This document shows, piece by piece, positions 38,628-49,700 of a DNA stretch of 64,000 nucleotides. Origin of the DNA: a virus; IMG/VR virus record IMGVR_UViG_3300008117_000001; one strand, given 5' to 3'. The position numbers and the translations under genes are program-made. Within the stretch, counting starts at the first letter, position 1; every line of letters starts with the position of its first letter. A model generated the notes under the pieces. That model made no database searches. It saw only the letters and a program-made list of their open reading frames with translations, and had not been told where the DNA came from.

Positions 38628-38635
38628 TACTATAA
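38628..38635 (+). promoter_or_regulatory. Candidate late promoter TACTATAA
   Basis: Intergenic, 44 nt upstream of sheath ATG. Confidence 0.5.
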
Positions 38636-38679
38636 CTGAAGATTCAAAAAAGTTTATTATTTGGAGGATTGAAACCAAT

Positions 38680-39942
38680 ATGGCTATACCTGGAGTAAAA
38701 ACATTAATTAGAGATCGCTTCTACAGTGTGTCGCGTCAGGATACACCTGTTGGTCCTAGAATAGTAGCGATAGCACGTCGTAGCACGGCTAACAATACTG
38801 GTTCAGTAGCAGATCTTGACGTTGTAAGAGTAACTAACGAGGCTGATGTAATCACCGCTTTTGGAGATGGATCAGACGCTCACCGTGCATATCTAGAGCT
38901 AGTTTTGGCTGGAGCTGGAAGAATTTATATTGTACCACTTCCTTCTGATACAAAGTGGGACACTGATCCGGATAGCCCTGTATCTACTGGAACTGTAACT
39001 AGCGTAAGTTATGGTGGCTCGGTTTTCGACGCTGCCTTTATTGCAGCAGAAGCTGCTATTCCCGACATTATTATTCCTTGGGGAAGAGGCGCTCACCCAG
39101 ACGATTGGCAGAGCCCAGCTACGCCTAGCGATGACGCAAAAATTGGCTTTGTTGCAGATAATACGTCAACCCCATCAAGCAACTGGGCCTATCAGGTAGC
39201 TGCAAAGGTGAAGGATATTTCTGAAAACATCAACCCTTGCATCGCAATCATGGGAGTCAAGCCATACGTTTCAACAACAGAAACTATGACTCCTGGTCAA
39301 GTTTCTACACATTTGGCACTGACAAATCTTCCCGACAGAAATGCTAGCGCTTCCTTCAAGGAAGTTGGCCCATATGTGGTTGTAGTCGCTGCGGAAATCA
39401 AGCCCGTAAACTATCAGTCTGGAACAACAGAGTTTGGTTACGCTAACGGAGCCGCTCATGTTGCTGGCGCTTTAAGCTTGCTTCCTTCATATAGTTCACT
39501 AGTAAATAAGGCTCTCTACAATGTAGAGGCTGTTCGTTATGCCCCTTCTAGAACTCAGCAGACTGCTCTCGCTACTAAGGGTGTTAATACTGTTGTCATT
39601 AACTTTAATAAGATTCCAGTATTCGGAGAAGGTTTAACATTTGGTTGGGCAACATCAGACTACACCCGTCTCTCAACAAAGAGAATTGTAGACGACGCCA
39701 CATCAGTTGTAAGACAAGCCTGCCAGAGATTTGTTGGCGAACCATCAAACATTCAAACAAGAAATGCGATGGAGACAGCAATCACTTCTGGCTTGAGAGG
39801 AATGCAAATTGTAGGAGCCTTGCTTGGTAGTGACTTTACAGTCTCGTACATACCAAATGAAAACAAGGCGATTGTAGACCTCATTTTAACACCTGCCTTC
39901 GAACTCAAAGAGATCGAAGTCAGAGTAGCCATTAATCTATAA
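38680..39942 (+). CDS. Tail sheath protein
   Basis: VTNEADVITAFG...AYLELVLAGAGRIYIVP; RLSTKRIVD...FVGEPSN; VDLILTPAFELKEIEVRV. Confidence 0.88.
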   Translation: MAIPGVKTLIRDRFYSVSRQDTPVGPRIVAIARRSTANNTGSVADLDVVRVTNEADVITAFGDGSDAHRAYLELVLAGAGRIYIVPLPSDTKWDTDPDSPVSTGTVTSVSYGGSVFDAAFIAAEAAIPDIIIPWGRGAHPDDWQSPATPSDDAKIGFVADNTSTPSSNWAYQVAAKVKDISENINPCIAIMGVKPYVSTTETMTPGQVSTHLALTNLPDRNASASFKEVGPYVVVVAAEIKPVNYQSGTTEFGYANGAAHVAGALSLLPSYSSLVNKALYNVEAVRYAPSRTQQTALATKGVNTVVINFNKIPVFGEGLTFGWATSDYTRLSTKRIVDDATSVVRQACQRFVGEPSNIQTRNAMETAITSGLRGMQIVGALLGSDFTVSYIPNENKAIVDLILTPAFELKEIEVRVAINL

Positions 39943-39970
39943 TAATTACCGATTAGGAGGGTAAAACAAA

Positions 39971-40633
39971 ATGGCCGCAGAGGAATATACATCAGTAAAT
40001 AAGTATCTCAATACTTATACCACATTCTCAGGTGCAGACATTGTAGCTACATTTGGTGGAGTGGAAATAGGTGCGCTTTCGGGTATCACCTTCTCCGTCA
40101 CTAGAGAAAAGGCTCCAATCTACACCATGGGATCACCCAATCCTCGCTCTTTCTCAAGAGGCAAAAGAGGTATAGCTGGTTCATTGATCTTCACAGTATT
40201 TGATCGCCCAGCTCTATATAAGATGTTAGATCAGAACTATTCGCAAAATAGACCAATGGACTTCTACACCAGAAGCCACAATACACTTCCTGGCGACAAT
40301 GGTCACAGAAGAGGTATTGCTGATGTCAACGAACAGAAGACTGGCGTTGTAAAAAAGGTTCCTTTCTACGCTGACCAGATTCCACCTTTTGACATTACCG
40401 TAACATTTGCCAACGAGTATGGTCAGGCAGCTGTTAGATCAATATTCGGCGTAGAACTTCTTAACGAAGGTTCTGGCGCTTCCATGGACGACATTGTCAT
40501 CGAAGAAACCATGACTTATGTTGCTCGTGAACTTGGTCCTATGTACACAATCAGAAATGACACTCTTGTTGATCCAACCAATTTGGTAGGAATAACACCC
40601 GAGGGATTGAACACAACAATTATCAGACCCTGA
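39971..40633 (+). CDS. Tail tube protein
   Basis: TFSGADIVATF...SVTREKAPIYTMGSPNPRSFSRGKRGIAGSLIFTVFDR...DQIPPFDIT; AGGAGG RBS. Confidence 0.85.
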   Translation: MAAEEYTSVNKYLNTYTTFSGADIVATFGGVEIGALSGITFSVTREKAPIYTMGSPNPRSFSRGKRGIAGSLIFTVFDRPALYKMLDQNYSQNRPMDFYTRSHNTLPGDNGHRRGIADVNEQKTGVVKKVPFYADQIPPFDITVTFANEYGQAAVRSIFGVELLNEGSGASMDDIVIEETMTYVARELGPMYTIRNDTLVDPTNLVGITPEGLNTTIIRP

Positions 40634-40652
40634 TAGTCTTTAGTGTCGTAAG

Positions 40653-40696
40653 AATAGGTGCATGGGAGTTATCTTCCATGCACTTATTTATTTTTT
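40653..40696 (+). terminator. Intrinsic terminator after tube gene
   Basis: GTGCATGGGAG-TTAT-CTTCCATGCAC followed by TTATTTATTTTTT. Confidence 0.75.
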
Positions 40697-40706
40697 GGAG
40701 ATTTTA

Positions 40707-41504
40707 ATGGCAGAAATTAAGACATTTACTTTTAGAAAAAGTAAACAAGAAGAAGCAGTTCAGCAAAGTGGTAATGACCTTTATGACTGGGAAAAATATC
40801 TATCAACAATGTCATACTCTGGGGCAGACGCTGTTGCGACAATCGTTTTGCCGATTATCGGTCCAGATGGAAATGTTGAGTCTCAAGGCGATTCTATAAA
40901 TCTAGGAGAGTTACAGACTATATCATATTCTGTCCACAGAGAAAATTCCCCAGTAAGAACCCTTGGTCACGTTAATGTTCGGGGCTTTATTAAGGGTGGA
41001 AGAACTATAGCTGGCAGCCTCATCTTTACAGTATTTAACGAATACGCTTTTTATAGAATAAAAGAGTTTAAGCAATATCTGGCAAGAAAAACTGGATACT
41101 TTGCCCCTCTAGCGGACATGTTGCCGCCATTTGATATTGTTATTACATTTTTCAATGAATACGGTCTCGGTTCAAAAATGAAAATATTTGGAGTAACAAT
41201 AGTTGACGAAGGCCAAACCCTGTCTGTAGACGACTTAATTACAGAGCAGACCTACACTTACATGGCTAGAGGAATACAACCACTAGTAAGAATGCCAAAT
41301 GACAGCACTGTATCAAGAGATACTTCTTATACAGATGAAATGAAGGCTAGGGATCAAATTAGTACAAATGTTTTTGGCGATTTGATTATAACGGATCTTG
41401 CTCAGCTACAAAGTCAAGCTGAAGAAACAGCTTATTATAATACAAAATATAATAAACCCACAGTTCCAGCCCAGGTTATTCAGCCTGGAAGATTGCACCT
41501 ATAG
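40707..41504 (+). CDS. Tube-like protein 2 (tube initiator-like); start revised from 40662
   Basis: SYSGADAV...QTISYSVHRE...GGRTIAGSLIFTVF...DMLPPFDIV; GGAG RBS before ATG 40707. Confidence 0.8.
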   Translation: MAEIKTFTFRKSKQEEAVQQSGNDLYDWEKYLSTMSYSGADAVATIVLPIIGPDGNVESQGDSINLGELQTISYSVHRENSPVRTLGHVNVRGFIKGGRTIAGSLIFTVFNEYAFYRIKEFKQYLARKTGYFAPLADMLPPFDIVITFFNEYGLGSKMKIFGVTIVDEGQTLSVDDLITEQTYTYMARGIQPLVRMPNDSTVSRDTSYTDEMKARDQISTNVFGDLIITDLAQLQSQAEETAYYNTKYNKPTVPAQVIQPGRLHL

Positions 41505-41516
41505 AAAGGTAACGCT

Positions 41517-42518
41517 ATGCCTGCACCAATAGCTCAGGTTTTTCCTGGGGTATTTTCAAATAACGCTAGAAAAGAATTTAATCCCGTAAACGAAAAGCTT
41601 GATTTAACTTGGAGTGGCGGAACTAATACCGATAAAAGATTTAGTAATTATTATGATTATTATTTCAGCGGAGAAGATATTAGAATCTTTATTGATGGCT
41701 TGTTCCATCCTGATGATGAATTAGATATAGCAACTTTTGCTTTTAATGTGCGCCAGGAAAAGCAACCACTGTATGGTTTCTGGTCATACAATTACGATGC
41801 AATAATGTATGGCACCAGAATTATAACTGGAGAAATTGCCCTATATACAAGATATCCCAGAAGAATGACAGATCTTTTAGAGAAAGCTGCAATAACGAGA
41901 TCTGAATTGGCAACAGACAAAAGAGCTCCTGGAAGAATATTGTCTAATTTAAGAAGTCAGTTAGAAACAGAAGAAGACGAAGCTTTAATGAATAAATATT
42001 GGGAAATGGGCCAATTAGATAGAATCACAGAGGACCCTTTTGCTAAAAACGTTTTAGATTCCGATAAGAATATTTTTAGTGCTCATCCGCCATTTAACTT
42101 TGTTATAGTTTACGGTATGGAAGAGGTGGCTTTGTCGCCAAAAAATCTGTTTCAAACAGATACAAATGATGTAGAATTTAATGGCTCCCTAGATAATTTG
42201 TCTAGGACAATGTTGTCAGATGTTAATCAAAGAGTTGTAAAGTCTACTTCTTTAAGTTCTCCAATGAAAATTGTTGTTCAAGAAGTCAATTTAATTAACA
42301 TGTCGACAGTCTATGCGCCCGGTGGGCAGCCAGTTGTGGAGACATATCAATTTATGGCAAGAGACCATTATTTTACAGAAGTAGATACGACCTTCATAAA
42401 GAGAGCATCTGCTGCAAATGTGTCTTCTGGTCCATTGGCTCCTTTGGCAATTGCGGAGAATTTAAATTATGTAACAAATTGGGGTCAAACGTTAGGTGGT
42501 TTAGCCCCTATAATATGA
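41517..42518 (+). CDS. Tube-like protein 3 (baseplate tube initiator-like)
   Basis: YFSGEDIRIFI...VRQEKQPLYGFWSY...GTRIITGEI...HPPFNFVIVYG...ETYQFMARD. Confidence 0.7.
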   Translation: MPAPIAQVFPGVFSNNARKEFNPVNEKLDLTWSGGTNTDKRFSNYYDYYFSGEDIRIFIDGLFHPDDELDIATFAFNVRQEKQPLYGFWSYNYDAIMYGTRIITGEIALYTRYPRRMTDLLEKAAITRSELATDKRAPGRILSNLRSQLETEEDEALMNKYWEMGQLDRITEDPFAKNVLDSDKNIFSAHPPFNFVIVYGMEEVALSPKNLFQTDTNDVEFNGSLDNLSRTMLSDVNQRVVKSTSLSSPMKIVVQEVNLINMSTVYAPGGQPVVETYQFMARDHYFTEVDTTFIKRASAANVSSGPLAPLAIAENLNYVTNWGQTLGGLAPII

Positions 42519-42521
42519 TTA

Positions 42522-42530
42522 TGATATAAT
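42522..42530 (+). promoter_or_regulatory. Extended -10 promoter (TGATATAAT)
   Basis: Intergenic, upstream of AAGGAG RBS of chaperone gene. Confidence 0.6.
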
Positions 42531-42557
42531 GTACAATGATTAGTTTAAGGAGATATC

Positions 42558-43115
42558 ATGGATAGTAAAAGAAAAGTTGTTTTGCAAAATCTAGAGATTG
42601 AAGACACTACAAGCGCTCAAGAAATTAACTTCACATTGACTGGATCAGATGATCCTAATGCTATTGATGTTGAGCTTGAGGATGATCAGCAATTCCTAGA
42701 CGACATTGCCGACGACAACGAAGACAAGCAGTATACTGACATAGAAGAAGTGCCGGATGAAGAAGAAATTTGGAAAAATGGTCCCAAGGCCGGTCTTGTT
42801 AAAGAGTGGAAAAAGCAATATGGCGACATTTATGTAACTTCAATTACATACGATAAGCATGTCGTCTGGAGAGTATTAAATAGAGCAGAATATAAGCAGA
42901 TCGTCAAAAAAATGGAGCAGCTAGTACAATCCGGGCAGCTCTCTACTGCAGAGGCAAATCTATGGAACGAAGAAACTATAGCAGAATTATGCATGCTTTA
43001 TCCTAGATTTGATAAAAATAACTCCGTTGGCTTTATGGCCGGACTGCCATCATTAATATCCCAAGAAGTACTAGAAGCTTCCGGTTTCGTAGCCCTAGAG
43101 GTAAGACAGTTATAA
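42558..43115 (+). CDS. Tail assembly chaperone 1
   Basis: EWKKQYGDIY...VWRVLNRAEYK...AGLPSLISQEVLEASGF; precedes tape measure. Confidence 0.75.
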   Translation: MDSKRKVVLQNLEIEDTTSAQEINFTLTGSDDPNAIDVELEDDQQFLDDIADDNEDKQYTDIEEVPDEEEIWKNGPKAGLVKEWKKQYGDIYVTSITYDKHVVWRVLNRAEYKQIVKKMEQLVQSGQLSTAEANLWNEETIAELCMLYPRFDKNNSVGFMAGLPSLISQEVLEASGFVALEVRQL

Positions 43116-43116
43116 A

Positions 43117-43746
43117 ATGTTAACAGCTGATATTATTTTTTCTTTAAAAAATAAATACGGCAACATTTATAGTGTTGATATAAAAAATCAAACTGTTGTT
43201 TTTAGAGAATTAACTTTTAAAGAATATGATAAAATTCTTTATCTAAAAACGTTAGAAGATATTGACTCCTCTGATATAGAAGACATCATACTCGAATATG
43301 CTGTCATATACCCAGAGGGTTTTGACACTATGACAATACCTCCCGGTATAGTTGCTAATCTCTCTTCGGAAATACTTGATATTTCCGGTTTCTTTAGCGC
43401 ATCGATTGCTAAAAGAATTCTTGAAGAAAAAAGAGTTGAAGCAAATGATGTTAAGAATTTAATGAAAGCCTTTGTTTTGGCTACTATAACATCATATGCT
43501 CCAGAAGACTTGGAGGATATGACATTTTCTGAATTAGCAGAAAAAGTAGCTTTATCTGAAAAGATTATTGAGATAAAACAGAATGCCAATGGCATGGAAT
43601 CTACTGATCTAAAGATTCAGTTAATTGATCCTGAAGAGGAAGAGCAAAAGAGAAAAATTTCTGCAGCTAGGCATAATCTTTCTAAGAAAGATGGAGAGGC
43701 TCAATATGAAGATCCTATCGCTCAAAAGCTGTGGGGTATGAAATAG
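43117..43746 (+). CDS. Tail assembly chaperone 2 (paralogue of chaperone 1)
   Basis: LKNKYGNIY...FRELTFKEY...PGIVANLSSEILDISGF. Confidence 0.75.
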   Translation: MLTADIIFSLKNKYGNIYSVDIKNQTVVFRELTFKEYDKILYLKTLEDIDSSDIEDIILEYAVIYPEGFDTMTIPPGIVANLSSEILDISGFFSASIAKRILEEKRVEANDVKNLMKAFVLATITSYAPEDLEDMTFSELAEKVALSEKIIEIKQNANGMESTDLKIQLIDPEEEEQKRKISAARHNLSKKDGEAQYEDPIAQKLWGMK

Positions 43747-43759
43747 GTAGGAAACAAAG

Positions 43760-46700
43760 TTGATTAGAGATCCAGGGCCTATTCATAACTTAGGTTATAG
43801 CGTAACATCCAGAGATGTTCCTACAATGATAGACGAAGAAAGGGGCGATGCCCCTAATTCGTCTTTTATCTCAAAGGCCTTAAATAATCACCCTGTTTTA
43901 AGATTTGTATCTACGGCAGCCACTACCATGGCTTCAGCTTTTGTTTTGTCTAAGATAACAAAACAAGGTGGTCTAAAGCTAGCCAAAACAGTTCAAGACA
44001 GAGCGGATAGTGGAGCAAGCAGATTTGCTTCAAATATTGTTAATGTATTTCCTAAAATCAGAAGAGAATTCGACGAACTTTCTGGCGTTAGCCGAATGAT
44101 AGATGGGAATACTCCTGATCAAATAGATCCTTATTCAAGACTTGTTTTTGAAACCGCAGAAGGTAAATTAACTACCGGCGTCATTAAGCATACAGATAGA
44201 GGCTATCACTGGACTGCTGGAGAAATCAGCAAAAGTGGTAAGGGTATAGAATACGAGACTGCGGGAATATGGGGCTTCCGAGAAGAAGCTCAGTCCCGTT
44301 TGGTCTCTATGGCCCGTAGAATGCCCTATGAGCTGCCAGCAATGTATGTTGGCCAGAAAGCTATAGTTGATCCAATTTTTGGCGGTAGAGACGATTCTAA
44401 GGTCAAATGGTACAATCCTGTAGACGTAGTTACGGACTTCGTTAAGGACTCTACCATTAACCTAGTTACCATGATGATTCCAATGGAGGTTGGTGGCGCT
44501 GCCATTGGCAACGCAAGGTCATCCTTATCTAATTTTAGATATTCTATGTCAGACCTAGCTAGGTCTACCGGTACAACTGATTTAAAAACAAGATCTTCAA
44601 GGGCATTTGTCAATCTAGCCGACATGTTGTCAGAGGTTGGTCATGACCTGGCAGACATAACTCAAAAGGGTTTAAAGGTTTCTGCTCAAACTAGTGGAGC
44701 AATTAAAGCTGCAACCACAGAGTATAGTCAGCAAAGAGTTGACATTAATGCAATTCTTTCGCGAACAAGAAACTTAAGAGCAAAACAGATCTATGAGGAT
44801 TCTAAGGGCTCAAAATTAAAAAGAGCTAGAAACGTAGCAACGCAGTATGCGTTTGGCAATGACGCCAGTGGCAATTCTGGGTATTTAGATTTATTTCCGG
44901 GACTAAGAGGTGTTGGAAGTGCCGTAAGGCAGGGTATAAATCAATTCCGTAAAGTTGGCTACGGCTACGATGTAATAACGAGAGCTATTGATTTTGATGC
45001 AGCTGTGCAGAGATATGGCGCAGCTAATCCAAATGCTTTTAGAACAGAACTAAAGGGAATAGTCGGCAACCTTCAGGCGAACTCCTCTAATAGAATGACG
45101 ACTATGGCTAGCAAGATTGCTAGAACATTTGGTGGTCCGGCTGGATCAGATAACTTCTATGCATCAGAGTTTTATAAGGGAATAGAACAAACTGAGTATA
45201 AAAAAGTTTTATATAAATCCTTAATGGAAAGAACTGCAACTTCAGATAGAGATGAGTTTGCAAGAACAATAGCAAAATTTGTTGACGACATTGACGTTAG
45301 CAAAACTGCAATGGAGCCCTCTAGAAGAGTAACTATAGGCGAAACCAAAATACTACTCGATGGAGATGAGCCATTTGATGAAATCATAAATAGATTCAAG
45401 GGCACTCTTGCAAAAACTAGGGCCGATGAGTTCGTACAAAAAGTCGGAAATTCTGATGTACTAAAAGATTCTATTATCGACGCTAACAGACTTTTCACTG
45501 GCGCACAATTCCAGGCAGCATTAAAAGGAAAGGCAAACAAAGCTTATAAGGCATTCCAGGAACAAGGAATGGTTAAGGTAGCTGGAAAAGTCTTAAAAAC
45601 TAAAAAAGCAGATTTTGAAGATTTCCTAGATTTAGATAATCTTTCTTACGCACAAAAAGATTTCTTAGTTAAAAGATCAGCTCAAAGATTAGGCATGAGG
45701 CTAAAGACAGCTGATGGCAGAGATTTAACAAGAGGAGAATTAGGGGAGTCTTTAGGTAAGGTCGGCCTTAACATAAAAGATGCCGGTCAATTAAGAAGTT
45801 TTCTTGTTAGAGAAAAACAAATAAGTTCGGGAGTTTTTGCTAGTGGTTTTAACCTTCTTGGATTAAGAAGAATCACTGTTGATGAAGCAAATCAACGCGG
45901 AGTTTTTGCAAATGTAGACGATGAGACCAAGCGCGTTATAAATCAAATGTCTTCCAGCATGGTAAGGGCTGATCCAACGACAACCGCTGCTAGCGTTTCT
46001 GTTCTTCCAGATGTATTTATAACTAAGACTGGTAGTATTTTAGATGTTTCTGGAATAAGACAGTCTGCAAGAAATGTTGGAAACTTTTTAGCTAACGATT
46101 TAAGAATACCAGTTCTTGGATTTAATCCGGCAGATTTGGCGGCTAAGCAATCTTTTAATGAAATGTCCGGAAGGGCTCCGTTCCAGTTTATTCAAGGTAG
46201 AGTTTCTCAGCCATTTTTACAGGGCGCTGATAAGTCGGCTGATTTCTATTTGTTCTACAGCGGAGGAAGAACAAAAGGTAATGTTATGGCATTTAATTAT
46301 AATGTCATGGCCCAGCAATATACTTCTAGGACTTTAGATGGTACATTTAGACCTTTAGCTAAGAATAGCTCGCAATTGTTAACGAGGGCAGCAAGAAACG
46401 CTGCAGCGGAAAGAGATGCTGAGTCATTAAACTCTTTAAGTTATCAAGAAGGTACATTTAGAAGCAGATTCTTTTCTGGCCTATCAAGATTTGGAATGAC
46501 GCCAGAAAGAGAATTTAGGTTTAGAGAATTTTTTGATATTAACTATGATCAGCCAAACTCTGTATTTGGCTTCTTGTCTAGATTCTCTAGAAGAAATATT
46601 GATCCAGAAAATCCAAGATTCCTTGCACAAGTGATGACTGGCAAGGAAATCCCTACCAAAGCTGGTACAGCAAAAAGAAATATAGTAAAAAGCGCTGATG

Positions 46701-49700
46701 GAACTGTAGAAAAAATTAATGTAATCGATGTTGCCTCTGGCGAAGAAATGGTTTCAGAAAAAGCCTTATTAGAAGCTTTTGAAGGATTCAGAAGAAGAAC
46801 TCGTGCAGCTGGCTTTTCTCGTCGTGCAATGAAGCGAATTGAAGAAGCTGACCCAGCATTAGCTACTTATCATGGACAAAAAATTACCGATCTTCAAAAT
46901 GTTCAGGAAAAAATAGATTTTGCTAACGTCCTGCTTAGAGGCGTAGACAGAGATGCAAATATTCTTAGAAGACAGGGCATCGATCCTGTTGCGCTATATC
47001 AAAGCGGATCCAGGATCAATAAAGTATTAGAGGAAGCAGATCTGTTGTCTGGTTCTCAAATTCGTTCTGTTAGTCCAACAATTATTTCAAGAGAAGATGA
47101 ATTAACAAATGAAATGTTTAAGTTTCTAATTCAAAGAAATGAATTAGTTTCAAATAGCACTAGACAAACATTTGGTCAAAATTTTATTAAAATAAACCAA
47201 GCACTGACAAGCATGGCAAAAGAAATACCAGCTGGTGAACTAGCTGAAGCACAAGCTGCGGCCTTTGGTGCACTAACTAACCTTAACTCGGTAAGAGCAA
47301 ATAGATCTTTCTTAAAAGAGATTGAAGTTCAAAGAAGAGCGTTAGCAAACGTTATTGAATCTTTAGAGTCTGCTCCAGAATTGGCGCAACCATTTATTAG
47401 TGGTTCCATTGAACGAGTTGGGGAAATAGGAAGACTTGGTTTATTTAAAAAATTATTATATCCATCATTAAGTACAGCTTCTTTCAAAATATCTCATCTA
47501 GCAACAGACCCACTTGGTTCCGCAACTGGCCCCGGTGCTGACGTTTTACTAGTTCCTACTTTTGGTAGCGTATTTTCTAGAAATCCAATAGGCGCCCTCA
47601 AGAGCGTTGCTGGTATTAATACGTACAGTAGTCCAGAGAGTTATTCAAATTTATCAGCCGCAGTTTCTCATGGTGTTGAAAGATTAAACAAATACTTTGG
47701 AACAGTAGGCTTACAGCTAGACGTTAATCAGTATGGTTCGCCATTAGACTTGTTTGCTAGGGGCATGGTAGGCAAGAGGGTTTTGCCACTTTATGCTGGT
47801 GGCATGGCCTTTATGACTGCTGACAGAACAATTGGCGGGATGGTCAACGAAAAAGATGCAAGAGGAGAAAGAGTTTATTCTCCATTTTTTGTCGGAGCTG
47901 CCGCAAAAGCTGTTGGAGAAATTCACGCCCTAGGAGCTGGAGCTATGCCCGGCGGTATGAGCTACGAAGAAAAGAGAGAGCAGCTTTTTGAAGGAGAAGT
48001 TCCCATAAGACAGGGTCGTTTTTGGCCCTTGGGCAATACACCCTTTATGGGCGGAAAGATAATGTATTATAGGCCCAGTATTTATCGCAAGATTGAAACT
48101 GGCGCCATGTTTACATCTGACACCTATGGTTCGCCTATTGAAAGAGCTTTATTCTATACTGATATATCACCATTGCGTCCTTTAGATCCTTATCGTTTCG
48201 AAAGAAAACACTATGAAGATAGACCGTATCCTATTACTGGAGAATATTTTTCTGGTCCATTTGGTCCGCTGACTCCCGCCTTAAATGCTACTGTTGGAAG
48301 AGTACTAAAGCCACAAATAAAAATGCATGAGCAAGAGGTTTCTCAAGCATTATCAAATTATGCTCCGGCAGGACAATCTGGCGCATATGATGCTAGCGCT
48401 TATTTGCGACAAATTTCAATGCCTATGCTTCCTGGGCAGGCTCCGCAGCAACAGTTTGGTCAAGCGTCAATTGGCGGAGCTATGCAGGGAGCAGGACCAA
48501 TTATGTCTATGGGCATGTCTTCTGGCGGACCTGGTCCGGGTATGCAGGCATCATCAAACGCCGAGCTAGCAGGTAGAGCTGGAGCTTTGAATACAGCTAA
48601 ATATTCAACGATGCAAAACATAGGGCAGATAAATAGTCAGTATGCCCAAATGGCATATGGTCCGCCGAAAACTCCTGGTATGATGCCACCAAGAATAGTT
48701 GGTGCAGGATCGCCAATTTCTGTTGGTAATCCACAGGTTCAGATACAAGAATTTGGCTATAGAACACAGGAAGCCTTGGGTATATATGGTTTTGCTGGCG
48801 CAGCATTTAGGGAATCCTTTGGTTATGGTCAGGGTGACTTTGAGCCCCAAAGGGCAGTTCTTCAGTCTGCATCTAAAGCTTACGGAATGAGTAGACAGTT
48901 TTGGGACTATAACCTTGGAGGACTTGGTGACGTTCCGATGTTGGGTGGAAGGAACTTTGGTTCAATAGAATTTTCTGAAATAACTAGAAGATTTATACCA
49001 AAAGAAAGAACTGGAGTTGATTATCTTAATCCTATACAAAATACAATGGGACAACAGTATCCATTTTTACCAGGCCCAGAATATTACTTAGACTTTACTA
49101 GAGGAGATCCGTTCACTAAAGTCCAAGAAGGAGAATTGCGTTTGCCAGGAGTGGCATACGAAAGGCTAAATCAACTTCGTTCTGATGAAACTGGAAGATA
49201 TGGTTTATTAGATCAATTTAAGATCTTAGGAGATGTTGCGCCCTACTCTAAACAATATAGATATTTAGATAAAAAAATAGATAGTTATCTTAACGACCCT
49301 TCGGAAAAATTAGAGGCAGATAACATTAGAAATAGAGTAGCCTCTATACAGCAAAAAGAAAACTTCTCCGAATATAGTCATGTTGGTAAAACAGCAGCAG
49401 AGGCTGGAACAAATCCTTTAATTCATAATATATCTCGTGCAGCAGAATATATTGCGCATAGAGATACTTTTATAAATAGAAAGTTTATTAATAAACAAAC
49501 TGCGGTTGAGGATTGGGAAAGAAACAATGTTTATGGCGCAACTTTCCCAGAATGGCAAAGGCCTTTTGAAAGCTTTGTGGAGCCAATGATAAATAAAGCA
49601 GCAGACCGCAATCCAATAGCTGCTTCTGCAAGCTTGGCTGCTGCAGGCCTTTTTGCTGGCAGGACTCAGCCAGGTAAGTTGGTTATGTCTGGCTTGGGTG

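Noticed and set aside
40662-40706. ORF-track start of tube-like protein 2
   Set aside because: This ATG lies inside the terminator stem; ATG 40707 has a proper RBS
43060-43120. Programmed -1 frameshift between tail chaperones (lambda G/GT type)
   Set aside because: No slippery heptamer seen near the first gene's end; the second gene has its own ATG and is a full paralogue
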